A DNA stretch of 36,022 bases from Octopus sinensis (GCF_006345805.1 NW_021826233.1:1-36022); one strand, 5' to 3'; shown: positions 11,043 to 24,188, counted from the first letter of the stretch. Numbers and translations are program-made. Notes: generated from the letters alone by a model not told the origin.

Positions 11043-12101
11043 TGTGTGTGTGTGTATAAATATATATAATCTTTCTGAAAAGCACACAAGGACTGTTAAT
11101 TTCATTTCAACATAACTTAATCTCCGGAACTGGGAGCTGACATGATTCCATTCTATCTGCCATAACCGTCATGTTTCCGATGAGCTGAGCTTTACTTATT
11201 TGTATCAATGTGTGTGGGGGGGATATGTGTGTATGTATATATATATAAAATGTATGTATATATATAAAATACATAAATAGGACAAGAACGCAAGACATCC
11301 AGACAGATGATACAAGGAAAACAAGGACAGGTCATTCGGAGTTTTCTATCCTTAGTCGAGTTCCAAATTATCTTTGCAATTTCATTTGGTTATACTCGAG
11401 ATTGCTCCAATGTGGCCAGCCCCAAGGAAAAATAAGCTAAATGCATCAGATTCCTTGGAAGAAAGCAGCGAATGTATACGAAAACAAGGACGGAAAAAGA
11501 CAGAGAAACGTTACACAAAAACAAATGCAATTAACAAGACATGGCAACTGGTGTCTTTTGATTAAGGACGAATTAAATTAAGCTGGCGTGTGTGGCAGTA
11601 AAGCCTTACGGCAGGGACATAAGTTTTGACAGGCACAGGGAGGAATATAGATGTTGCACGGATGATAGTCGAACCAAGAAAGAAAGGTCAGGCCTGGCCG
11701 AACACCGGTCACGTGGGAAGAGAAGAAATAGAAGTAGAGGCAGAGGGATAGAATAATTAAGAAGGGGCGAGAAAAAATGAAAGATACACAGTGAAGTGAG
11801 AGGGGAGGGAAAGTGAGCATGAAGAGAAGGCCTGGAATGTGAGAGAGAGGGAATGTATGTATAATGTGTGTATGTATGTGTGTATACATACATACATACA
11901 TATATATATATATAAGTGCGTGTGTGTGTGAGTATTTGTATTTGTATATACAAGGATATGAATAACGTATGAATAGTATGTCAGGAAGCATCATCATTCA
12001 TAGAAATTGCTAAAAGAGTGTTATAGAGTTCAAGGCAACCGTGGCACCTATCTGAAAGTGGCGTTATTTCTTGTAAGTTCATGAAGACCAATATTTTAAT
12101 A

Positions 12102-12258
12102 TTTTCTACTCTAGGCACAAGGCCCGAAGTTTTTGGGAAGGGTGCCAGTCGATTAGATCGAACCGAGTACGCAACTGGTAGTTAATTTATCGACCCCAAA
12201 AGGATGAAAGGCAAAGTCGATATCGGCAGAATTTGAACTCAGAACCTGAGAGAGAGAC
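12102..12258 (-). mobile_element. 5'-truncated tRNA-derived SINE with 19-bp TSD
   Basis: Shares the core ATCGACCCC.AAAGGATGAAAGGCAAAGTCGA..GAATTTGAACTCAGAAC with other copies. Perfect GAAGACCAATATTTTAATA at 12083-12101 and 12259-12277. Confidence 0.9.
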
Positions 12259-12999
12259 GAAGACCAATATTTTAATAATAAATACCACGTAGTTGCGATG
12301 TAACAGCATAACTACTATGAGCGCGTTTTAAAAGACGAATACCAAGCGAGTTTCTAAAGCGCGTCTTTTAGTTACGACTTCGATGCATTTATAATAATAA
12401 AAATATGATTAAACAAAATGCCGTTCATAATGGAAATTTTCTAAATAAATTATGCTTTCGTGGAATATTTTCATCAAACAATAATTTCCCATTTAAAATT
12501 CATCATTAAAATTTAATTCTATTTCATTTGTGTTAGCTTCTTTTTTCCTTTATTCTATCTTAATTATATTTATAATTATAAATGTAATAATAAAATATAT
12601 TATTTACACAATTTTAATTTGTTAAATATTTTTTTGTTATATTTCTCATAAAAATATTTTTTTTATCATTATAAATAGCATTCAGCAATAAACTTCGGCA
12701 ATGATGATAATAATAAGAATATTTTTTTTAATAAATGACGATCATAAACATTTATTTACGATAACTATCGAATTTCGCAGAAAGTAGTAAATGACAGCGA
12801 AGCAACATGTTAAAATGTTTGAAATGCAATCGTGTTTAAAGAAGTTAATACAATACACATTCGAAAGAAAAGTGTAAAAAAATTGAGTAAAGCTACAGCA
12901 AAATAAGAACAATGGGTTGCTTTATTCGCTTTTCATACGGCAATTTCATACCCAAATTACTTCTTGTAGTGGTCGGTTCTGTTCTCGCAGTGAGAGGAA

Positions 13000-13250
13000 G
13001 ACGGTTCTGCAATTTATTGCCGGACAACTTGCAAAAATGATTTGTTTATAGTGGTCAAATGTCTATGCTGTACTTTGGGTCACTCTCTCTGTGAAATCGA
13101 CGTTGTATGAATTGGTAGACGTTGTAACACTCGTCAAAAAATCACAGAACATCTCTTACTCAAGAGCACAACGAACCACCAGACCCAGGATTTGAAATCA
13201 CGATCTCACGATTGTGAATGCAGCACCTTAACCACTGGGCCATGCACCCT
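13000..13250 (-). mobile_element. tRNA-derived SINE (separate family)
   Basis: Reverse-complement head GGGTGCATGGCCCAGTGGTTAAGGTGCTGC...GATTTCAAATCC has A/B boxes, followed by a GTGCTCTTGAGTAAGA core. The left boundary is uncertain. Confidence 0.65.
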
Positions 13251-13268
13251 TGTCATATCCGAAATATT

Positions 13269-13482
13269 GATTTCAAATTTTGGCACAAGGCCAGTAATTT
13301 CGGAGGGAGGGACACCTCGATCACATCAACCTCAGTGATCAACTGGTACTTATTTTACTGACCCTGAAAGGACGAAAGGCAACGTTACCTCAGCGGAATT
13401 TGAACTCAGAACGTAAAGACGGACGAAATTGCGGCTAGGTATTTTGCCCGGCGTGCTAACGATTCTGCCAGCTCACCGCCTT
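13269..13482 (-). mobile_element. full-length tRNA-derived SINE with 16-bp TSD
   Basis: Reverse-complement A box TGGCAGAATCG and B box GAGTTCAAATTCC. TSD TCATA(T/G)CCGAAATATT at 13253-13268 and 13483-13498. Confidence 0.9.
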
Positions 13483-13817
13483 TCATAGCCGAAATATTAG
13501 AACGTAATATGTCAACTATTGTAATTCTCTGCATTCGCTTCTAGGATCCGTGATGTCTCACTGCTACATTTCCACTTTACTTTGCAGTGAATCAGTATAA
13601 AGCACTCTCGCTCTATTTCACAACTCTTCATGTGAACTATTCCGCTACAGTCAATGAGATGTATTTCAGGAATATTTAACTTAATGTGAGACATCAGTGT
13701 ATAAACATAACAACAGTGCAGATGAGTCAGAAATGTCTAACTGACCATTCGACCTGACTGAAATATCAGCCAAGTCTCCTTCAAATCAAATCTTTCACCC
13801 TTAAGTATTTCTCTTTT

Positions 13818-14024
13818 CTTCATTTAGGCAAAAAGCAGTTTTTGGAGAAGGTGTTAATCCCACCATCGATCCTAGCAATTAGCTGGTACTGTACTTTATC
13901 GAACATAGAGGGATGAAAGGCAAAGTTAATCTAGACAGGATTTGAACACAGAATGTAGCGAACCGGAAGAAATACCGGAAAGCATTTTCCGCGCCATTCT
14001 GACGATTTTGCAGGCTCACATTGC
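13818..14024 (-). mobile_element. older, diverged copy of the same SINE family
   Basis: CTGGTACT..TTTATCGA...GGATGAAAGGCAAAGTT...GATTTGAACACAGAATGT. Confidence 0.75.
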
Positions 14025-14644
14025 ACTATGTAAGCCTCGATAAATTGTGAGTGAAATAAAATATGAGTGGTTAAATGTAGAGTGGCGTTGCCCTTAAGCC
14101 TATTCTGGTATGACTTGTATTTAAACAACAACAGCAACAACAAGCACATATGCTCTAAGGATAGATCAAAACTACGATGGAAATATCAGCCAAGATTCTA
14201 TTAAACCCCAGTGTAACTTCTTAACAAAGGCAGGGCACAAGCAATGAAGTCCTATATCTACACAAGGACAGCAACTATAACGGTTGAAAAGCGACTATAA
14301 TAGGCTTCCTTTCATTAGAACAGAACATAGAACATCAACAACAATAGCAACATCACCGCCACCGCCATCACCACCACCGCCAACAACAACAACATAAACA
14401 ACAGCAGCCACAGCAACTGTTATTGTTGTTCTTATTTATTTTTATTGCTATTATTACAGTTTTTGTAACCCCCGGGTCAGTTCTGATCAATCAAAAAGTT
14501 GTACAGATATGCCCCACACATAAACATCCGGACTTTTATTCCATCATATATATGTCATTACACGTGTGTGCGCGTGCATGCGTAAGTATGTACGTTTGTG
14601 TATGTGAGCGCAGAGAGTAGTAGTCAACGTAAGTAATTGTTGTT

Positions 14645-14810
14645 GTTGTTTAACCCCAGACCAAAGGCAATTTAGCAGTGACCACCATATCCTATTTTTA
14701 GTAAATCCACGACCACATATCTCAGGGTTCCCTTTTTAAAGAAGATATTCAGTGATTCAAAATAGATTTAGCTGCCATTTCTTGCATGTGGCAACGGCCA
14801 TATCTCATTG
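14645..14810. repeat. dispersed repeat fragment of unknown class
   Basis: Related pieces at ~14466-14490 (AACCCCGGGTCAGTTCTGATC), ~21268-21325, and inverted at 13770-13790 and 19370-19392 (AAATA(T/G)CAGC.AA.TCTCC). Confidence 0.4.
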
Positions 14811-14973
14811 AACTGTTGTTAATAGTCATAAAACTGTTGTTGATATTGTTGTTGCTAGTGTATTTGCTGATGTGGTTGTTGTTAATGCTGTTCTTCTTAT
14901 TTCTGTTGTAATTGATATTGTTTTCGCTGCTGCCGCAGTTATTACCTCCACCTTCGTTAAGGCGTAGCTATTA

Positions 14974-15145
14974 CAGTTCTATATTTAAGGGATGAGGAAT
15001 TATGTACATTATTTACATTTGACGGATATTTGTCATCTTGTTTGATGCTAACACAACGTTTCGGCTGATATACCCACCCGCATTCATCAGGTGTCTTGGG
15101 GAGATTTCGAAACTGGGTTCTCATTCCTAAAGTATTTTTCTATGT
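14974..15145 (-). mobile_element. Penelope-like terminal-repeat fragment carrying a hammerhead-like motif
   Basis: The plus strand reads AACGTTTCGG...TTCATCAG, i.e. CTGATGAA...CCGAAACGTT on the minus strand. It abuts a (TA)-rich tract. Boundaries are approximate. Confidence 0.5.
15050..15095 (-). ncRNA. minimal type I hammerhead ribozyme-like motif, stem II decayed
   Basis: Fold: GACAC / CUGAUGA-A / UGCGGGUGGGUAUAUCAGCC / GAAAC-GUU / GUGUU. The core is canonical, stem I has 5 bp, and the AACGUU stem III is palindromic. Confidence 0.55.
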
Positions 15146-15462
15146 TATATATATGTACGTACATATATACAAATACATATATGCACGAACATATATACAT
15201 ATATATGTACGTACGTAGAGATACAGTCATATGTATGCGATAGCGTTAGGTCCAGCCTCCTGCCCATGATGTTAATATATCGTCATGCAACTGGATAATT
15301 ATTAAACTTTCATTGAATCAGACGATAACTGGAGAACGTCACGAATTCAGCAAAAGACACAAAGTTGAGATGTAAGGCAAGCCAATTAAACCGCTAATTA
15401 CAAATTTAAAATTATTCTAGCTTACACACTGTTCCATCCATTCTCCTCTACATTTCACCATT

Positions 15463-15574
<112 letters not shown>

Positions 15575-15604
15575 TAATATATATATATACATATATATTT
15601 GCCC

Positions 15605-15790
15605 GCTGCCATGCTGGGGCACCACCATTAGTCGAATAAATCGACTCTAGGACTTATTATTTGTGAGCCCAGTACTTATTCTACCAGTCTATTTTTCAGA
15701 ACCCCTAAGTTACGAGACGTAAGCACACGACATCAGTTGTCAAGTGAAGATAGGGTGACAAAGACAGACACAGAAATACATGCATGCATA
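15605..15790 (-). mobile_element. 3' part of CORE-like SINE
   Basis: GCTGCCATGCTGGGGCACC...TAGTCGAATAAATCGAC...GGACTTATT...CAGTACTTATTCTA...GTTGTCAAG aligns with 26820-27000. Confidence 0.75.
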
Positions 15791-15915
15791 CCTACCTACC
15801 TACCTACATACAAACATATATATACATATGAATATATATATGTGCGTGTGTGTGTGTATATCAGCCTGTCCGTTTGTCTATCTTTCAGTATGTCTGTCTC
15901 TCTGTCCACCTGTCT

Positions 15916-15977
<62 letters not shown>

Positions 15978-16034
15978 ATATATTATATATATATATATAT
16001 CTTTCTATCTCTTTCTTTCTCTCTCTCCATATAA

Positions 16035-16087
<53 letters not shown>

Positions 16088-16380
16088 ATATATATATAAT
16101 ATATATACACACATATACATAGTCATTATACACACATACATACACACACATAGATACATACACACATACACACAGCTGTGTATACTTCTGTATACGTCTC
16201 TACATGTGGAGTGGAGTTCAACGTGTATTCGGCATTTTATGAATAGATTTTTTTTATACGAAAAAAAGTATTAAATAAATTGCATATTGATGAACATTAT
16301 TTCATAACCACAACAAACACACACACAGACTAAAAAAACCACATGCATGCACATATATATATATATCAATAAATATGTTA

Positions 16381-16432
<52 letters not shown>

Positions 16433-16756
16433 TATATATATATATATAAGCATCAATATTTTTGTTATTCTTTTCAAATCTATAATTAATAACTAAATTG
16501 GTATACTGCCTAATATTGTTTATTATTAATATATCATACACTGATTTATAAAGACATACATATATACATGCATAATGCATATATATATATAGCGCGTTAA
16601 TTCACTATATATATAGAATCATGTAGGTGAGTCTAGACCGGTGTGTGTATATACAGGTATATGTATTGTACGTATATATTTTATTAATTGCATGTATGCA
16701 CATACACATATAGATAATTACATACATATACACAAGACGTACAAATATATATATAT

Positions 16757-16801
<45 letters not shown>

Positions 16802-17228
16802 TATATATATATATATTTGCCTGTATATATGTGTGTGTGTGTGCGTGTTTGTAAAACCTGAAATATGCAAAACGCATCTTTCTCTTCTAGACATCTTACC
16901 GCTGCTTGCCTTCAGCCATTTCTGACTTTGATCTAAACATTTAATAACTGGATTTCAATATTACACATACGCACATATATATACATACGTACTTCCTAAT
17001 ATGTATGCATATACTTACATACATACATTGATGAATACCTACATACATACATACATACATACATACATACATACATACATACATACATACATACATACAT
17101 ACACATACACATATATATATATATGTGTGTTCTTGTTTCTGTGTTTCAGTGTATTTATATACATGAACTTATCTATTTAGCTATCTAAGATATATATGTG
17201 CTTATACTTATACCTAAGTGTGTGTATG

Positions 17229-17260
<32 letters not shown>

Positions 17261-17275
17261 CATGTTGTGTATGTG

Positions 17276-17277
<2 letters not shown>

Positions 17278-17344
<67 letters not shown>

Positions 17345-17373
17345 GGACAAACAGACAGATAGATAAGTGGATG

Positions 17374-17443
<70 letters not shown>

Positions 17444-17564
17444 AGATAGATAGAAAATAGATTGACAGACTGATAGATAGATAGATGATAGATAGTGATA
17501 GATAGATAGATGGACAAACAGACAGATAGATAAGTGGATGGATAGATAGATAGATAAGATATAT

Positions 17565-17641
<77 letters not shown>

Positions 17642-17659
17642 ACAATAGATTGACAGACT
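17278..17659. repeat. (GATA)n array with higher-order duplication
   Basis: Two interrupting cassettes each occur twice (17342/17509 and 17456/17644). Confidence 0.95.
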
Positions 17660-17917
17660 TCTGCCTACTAGTCATGAACACAGGTTTTCGTTATTTGTTG
17701 TACTTCATTTTTATTCTCAGACATTCTGCAGAGAAAATCTTCCTTGCATTCCCGTGGACATGGAAAGTAATTTTTCTTCAATCAACGTTATTCCGACACC
17801 CTCCCTGGCAGGTAAAAACACATAATCCACGGTTACTGCCTTCTCTCTGTCTCTCACTGAATATATTCATAAAGATGCCTATATGCGCGCGCAGGTTTGT
17901 GTGTACATGTATACATA

Positions 17918-18155
17918 TACCTATTTCTTTATTGCCCACAAGGGGCTAAACATAGAGGGGACAAACGAGGACAGATAAACGGATTAAGTCGATTATATCG
18001 GATCCAGTACGTAACTGGTACTTATTTAATCGACCCCGAAAGGATGAAAGGCAAAGTCGACCTCGGTGGAATTTGAACTCAGAACGTAGCAGCAGACGAA
18101 ATACCGCTAAGAATTTCGCCCGGTGTGCTGACGTTTCTGCCAGCTCGCCGCCTTT
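17918..18155 (-). mobile_element. full-length tRNA-derived SINE, alternative tail, 10-bp TSD
   Basis: Same head and core as 13269-13482 but the tail is TTCTTTATTGCCCACAAGGGGCTAAAC. TSD TGTATACATA at 17908-17917 and 18156-18165. Confidence 0.9.
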
Positions 18156-18171
18156 TGTATACATAAATCCG

Positions 18172-18258
<87 letters not shown>

Positions 18259-18299
18259 GTCTGTCTGTCTATCTGTCTGTCTATCTGTCTGTATGTATG

Positions 18300-18333
<34 letters not shown>

Positions 18334-18750
18334 TGTATGTATGTATGTATATCACAACTCCCAGTGTTTACTGCTTATGTTATTAGTTTCATTGGTATGC
18401 ATTCAGTGCCGGAAGTGTGACTCTCCTGCCATTATCAAGGCTACTCTCACCGGAAGTGAATTTAAGCAACTCAAAGTTTGGGGACAAGCGCCATGGCATT
18501 ATTGACTTAAAGAGAGAGAGGGAGAGATGGAGGCAGAGAGAAAGTGAGAGAGAATGCCTCTTGTTTTTACTACCAACACAAAAATGAGATCAATTATTGG
18601 TTTTATACAAATCAAACAAGGAAGTAAAAACACAAATATGAAACCAAGAGATGAAACTAGATACAAACAATATTATTTCTGTGTCCCAATGCGATATAGC
18701 TTGGGGAATTTCAACTCATTTAATTGACCGAATGGTATGACTGGTAATTA

Positions 18751-18994
18751 TATTAGTTTCAAATTTTGGAAGAACGCCAGCATTTCGAGGAAGTGTATAA
18801 GTCAATAACATCGACTCTAGTGCTCAACTTGTACTTATTTTATATAAATGAATACTTGTACTTTTTTTTATCAACCACAAAAGAATGAAAGGCAAAGTCG
18901 ACTCTGGAGGAATTTGAGCTCAAAAGTGAGGACGGACGAAATGCCAATAAGTATTTTACTCGTCCTGCTGACGATTCTGCCGGCTCGCCGCCTT
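18751..18994 (-). mobile_element. tRNA-derived SINE with small internal duplication
   Basis: Family head, core and tail are present. ACTTGTACTT(A/T)TTTT occurs twice internally. Confidence 0.85.
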
Positions 18995-19200
18995 ATAAGA
19001 AGCATTTATATCAAGATCAGTGAGGGATGGTCTCTATTGTCTTCAATTCAAACATGTGACAGACACGTGATTTTCAAAACTAATAATAATCAGGGCGGTT
19101 TATCTCTTGGGTCACTTTATATCCGTCGAATATCCGTCTTTAAAGTCAAACCAGAAGTCGGGATTCTCAGTCGTAGTCTTAGGGACACTCTTATTAATGA

Positions 19201-19358
19201 TTAAATCGACCACAACGTATTAAACTGGTATTTTATCTTATCGATCTCGAAATGATTAGAGATAAGTTGACCTCGGTGTAATATGAACCCGGAATGTTTA
19301 GAGCCAGGAGAAATACCACGAAGCTGTTTTTCCGACACTCTAGAGATTCTGCCAGTCG
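19201..19358 (-). mobile_element. diverged tRNA-derived SINE
   Basis: AAATCGACC...AACTGGTA...TTATCGA...GTTGACCTCGG...GATTCTGCCAG. Confidence 0.65.
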
Positions 19359-19907
19359 TTGCAGACTTGTTAGAAATAGCAGCGAAATCTCCTTTTCGCC
19401 ACATCCGGAGACATAATAAGCATATTGCCTTCTTCAACACCATAACGTTATAACGCTAATCATATATCTAAATTCATAAATTTCACCCTAAAAGCAATAT
19501 TCCGTTATTCATACTCCGCTACATCACATTGCAAAATTCCTTTTTAGACAAAACTACCAAAAACTTCTCCACCCACAACTACCCCTGACTTATTCCCCAC
19601 TCACCGTTTTGTTTTTGTTTTATTTTTCCACTTGATTTATTCAAATATAGAACTTCTTGGTGAACACAATTTCCCCTTTTTACTAGTAAAAGATTGGATT
19701 CATGCAAATTAAAGGCATCTGCCTCCTACTTCGAAGAAATAATCTATTTTTTAAAAAATAACTATTTCTACAAATAGACTTTTCTCTATTTTATTTACTC
19801 CAAAGCTTTTCTTTTTAAAAAATATGAACGAAACTGATCAGAATATTTCAACTTGAAAACCCTTATTGTTTAAAATCGATATTTTATTAGTTCCAGCTGC
19901 TACTAGT

Positions 19908-19910
<3 letters not shown>

Positions 19911-19948
<38 letters not shown>

Positions 19949-20065
19949 TAGATAGATAGATAGATATAGATATATATATAGATAGATATACATATATATA
20001 TAGATAGACACATACATACATACATACATGCATACATACATACATACATACATAGATACATACAT

Positions 20066-20102
<37 letters not shown>

Positions 20103-20192
20103 GATATATATATAGATAGATATACATATATATATAGATAGACACATACATACATACATACATGCATACATACATACTACATACATACATAG

Positions 20193-20268
<76 letters not shown>
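19911..20268. repeat. compound (TA)/(GATA)/(CATA) microsatellite with ~134-bp internal duplication
   Basis: GATAGACACATACATACATACATACATGCATAC starts at 20003 and again at 20137. Confidence 0.9.
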
Positions 20269-20269
<1 letters not shown>

Positions 20270-20964
20270 TTAAAGGAAATTTCAAAATATATTTTTCCCG
20301 GTACCAAAATACTATTCCATTAAAAAGAAAAGAAAAAAAAGACTAATCAAAGCCAAGCCTAATTTTCGCTAGCTGGAAAATCTATTCTGAAAATAGGAGC
20401 TGCATGCACCTGCTATTTCCTAAAGAACCTTTGCTTTCCTTTCTTCTTCTTTGTGTGTTTATTTCCTTTTTATTTGTTTCAAAATTATCTAATTTGACTA
20501 AACTATCTTTGGCTAAGCAAAGCGATAATGGTGTACCGTGATGCCATGTGGGGAAGAATTATGTATAGTTTTCATTGCAGTAATATGATCCCACCCCAAA
20601 CTATTACACCCTATTTCCTTGATCTTTAACGGAACTGACATCTTTTTGCACAGAATGTATTGGAAATATTCGAATTCTTCAGAATATGTTTCGTTTTTTT
20701 TTAACATAAAATTGCTGCAGTGTCTGCTGAATTAAGAAGTCAGTTTCACTAACACTTTGCTTTTGATTCGATCCCACAGACTGTCGTGTCAGGAAATTTC
20801 TGTGCACTTTAGACTAGTGTCGAATGGTGTTGTCAGTTGAACAAGGGAGATGGAAACTGTTAGAATCCTGTGCAGGAAATTATGTGTATTTATCGAGCCT
20901 TTCACTTCTTTATGATAGACTGACCAACGCCGAGCACCTGATGAATAAAATCTAGTTTGTGGTC

Positions 20965-21200
20965 GCAGTTGTTGTGGTTGTGGCGATGGTGGTTCTTGTT
21001 GTTATCGTTGTTGTTGTTGTTGTGGTGGTGGTGGTGGTGGTGGTGGTGGTGGAAGTGGTGGTGATGATGATGACAATTCTTGTCGTTCTCGTTGTTTTTG
21101 TTGCTGGTTTTGTTGTAGTTGCCATGACCACTATCCTTGTTGTGTGGTTGTTATTGCTGTTACTGTTGTTGTTCTTTTTTCTTTTCATCTTCTTTTTCTT
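20965..21200. repeat. (GTT)/(GTG)/(GAT) trinucleotide low-complexity tract
   Basis: Directly visible. It accounts for the poly-V and poly-T ORFs. Confidence 0.9.
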
Positions 21201-23999
21201 TTTTTTTCCTCTTCCTTTTTTTTTGCTATGACAGTGATGGTTGTTATTGAAGTTATTCTTATTCAACATCCAGGTCAGTCCTGGCGATGTAAACCTAAGA
21301 TCAAAAATGTTCCCGTCGTGACTACACCATGTTTTTGCAATATGTACAGCCTGTATCAACCAATATAACATTTATCTCTCTTTCTTGGAAGATTCACCTT
21401 TAGATTATTCTTTCTAGCAAGTCGGTGTAGTGACTCCCTCATGTGTCGTTATTTAATCTCACGTCAAACCTGATGGAGATGAATTAAGATGAAAGTCGCT
21501 CGAAATTTGACCAAATGATCGTTTTCTTTTTTCAGTATATCTAATAATACATTACCTAATATGTCACTATTTTTAACAAATCGAATGGCCACGTCGGTAA
21601 CTGTGCAGAAGCCCTCTAAAAGAGCAGTAGTATCATTGGACTAGAAAGCTCATTTATTTATGACTCAGATTAACATCACCATCTCACCTGGGGGACAGAC
21701 GGTTAATGATGCCATTGTTGTTGGACTAGGTGCTTGGTTTCTTGTGACCTTTCTTCTCTGGCATTATCAGAACCTTTAAAATGCCACTTCCCTTCCGAAT
21801 CAAATCAAGAACTCCATCTCCGCCAAAAAGGATAAAACGTCTTACATTCATCTGGTAAACGCTGTCAAGACAGATTTCTGCAACGAATTCCTAAGCTCTC
21901 GAACATGCACTACCGACACTCCGTGCACCATATATTAATTTCACCGAAGTGTGTAAGCCCCTAAATATCACCTAATATGACACAAGCTGACTCAAACATT
22001 ACACATCTACAATTATAGGAAAGTTATCTGAAGATTTGAACTCTGGGGAAATTAGTTTGGAAGTATTTAATAAAAAATAATTAGCACAAATGCGCACCTC
22101 ACTGTGCCACGCGTTTAGTGTAAGCAAGCAGTATTTAAATTGATATCCGTCTGTACGTAATTGTCATCCTAGGCTAGAGTGACATAACAAACATTTAATG
22201 TAAACGTGTGTTTTAAGAATTTTTTATAAAAAATTCGTAACCCGGGACTGGGATCTGTACCAGCTACTTTTAACTAGAACCGAATGAACCGGAATACGTC
22301 TAATGTCACGTTTTGGCGAAATGAGTAAGATTACTATCCCTACCCTGACCATAGACCTATACTAGGCACAGTCTGTAAGAGACAGCTAAAGAAAGCCGTC
22401 GGGCAAGTTTGTGACGCCTTGAGGTTATGAATAATGTCACTACCCACCACATCCGGATGAAAAGGTGCTCTTTGTTCAAACTCTTGAAGTTTATCTGGAG
22501 TGTATTTCAAACCGAACGGCTGACACGAATGTTTGCAACAGAGTAGGCTCCATTAAAGACAACCAAAGTACCTAGTGGTGGTGTTAAAGTGGGCGAGGCA
22601 TTAAGACCACTGCACAGATATTATACATGTGTCTCTTTTGTCACTGGTATCAAATATTCCCGAGGATGAACTTCTTTATATTGCTCCGAAAGCAATGAGG
22701 TAAAATTCAGATTGCATTAATGTCTATAGAAACATCTTCTCGCCTTGAATCTATTCATAATATGCATTTCTCTGCATATGCATGACTTTAAATGCTTTTA
22801 TTTGGAACTGAACACTACTAATATACACACACACATGCTCTTTATACTAACACACGCACACACAAAAACATAAAATAATTCTGATGTGAATTTATCCATG
22901 AGTATAAACTGCACTAAACCACACGTGTGCAGATGGGGAATAAAACATCAAATACAATAATTTTGTCATTATTTGTCTATTTTTCAATTTTGTTTTCAAA
23001 TTCTATAACGAAAGCAAGTTTAAATTATTATTATTTTTTTCTTTTAATCACTGCTTCAATAAAGAAGTAAATAAAAATACACGGATATCTATAAGCAAAG
23101 AGATTTCAGCATCAATCTTAAATATTTTCTTTTTTACGTGTGAAAATGCCTCGCAGCCATCTTTAATCACAAGCGACTAGTTCGTGAGATAAGATGAAAC
23201 TAAAATTCACAGATTAGCTGAAGAAAGCGAAACTTCCACTGTAACAAACAGAAGTTTAATATACCGATGAACTAGTCTAGCTTTTGGGCAAATGAGTGAG
23301 AAAATACTAAGAAAATATTATTGCTTTACAAAATATTTATTTATCGCTATCTACGTCCGACTGATTTCTTTTACTTTTACCGCTCACAAATCTGACTATA
23401 AAATTTGGACTAAATATTCTTGGTACACACTCTGTACTAGCTTCTATCTATAACTCAAGCTAAATATATATGCAAACAACCTGTATATATATATATTTGT
23501 TATATATTATAATTCTTCTGTGAATCAGTCCATGCTAGAGAAGTTGCACTCATAATGACCTCGTAGGTCAAAATGTTTCTCCGTTGAAAAATATAACGTC
23601 AAATAGATTAACTTTTTTAAAAATATTTTATCTTTATCATACATATACATTTCATATTTTTTTCCTTTTTTAGATTTTGTGTAAGAAAGCGGTTTTATAA
23701 TCATTTGAAAAATTTACTTCTGTAAAGAGGTGCATATACATATACTGTGTGTATGTGTGTCAGTGCACACACACACACACATATATATATATACATATAT
23801 ATGTTCACACACACATAAAACAGAGATGTGTGTATATATGTGCATATATATATGTATGTATATAATATATATGTGTGTGCGTGTGTGCATGTATGTATAC
23901 ATACATAGTGAGAGAGAGAGATAGAGAGTGAGAGAAAGAGATGTATATGTATATATATATAAAATATATATATATAGAAATATATATATATATATAGTG

Positions 24000-24052
<53 letters not shown>

Positions 24053-24188
24053 TGTGTGTGTCTGTGTGTGTTCCTCATTTCTTTCTGTGATACGTTCTTT
24101 TCACCATTCTCTAGTTTAGCCAATGCTTTTGCATTCAGTATTTTGTTTTTGCATGTTTGTGTTCCTGGGAAATTTTCCCATAGATCTA

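Noticed and set aside
13400-13482. tRNA-like sequences with A and B boxes (also 27160-27226 and 29390-29461)
   Set aside because: These are SINE heads: no complete cloverleaf, fused to SINE cores, and some flanked by TSDs.
16620-16635. Consensus splice donors (AG/GTGAGT here; GTAAGT near 14628 and 27903)
   Set aside because: No upstream open exon with a matching acceptor could be built, and isolated hexamers are expected by chance.
23213-23245. CTGAAGA-AAGC-GAAAC hammerhead look-alike (similar partial hits at 2245, 20938 and 26625)
   Set aside because: There is no room for stem II and no stem I or stem III complementarity.
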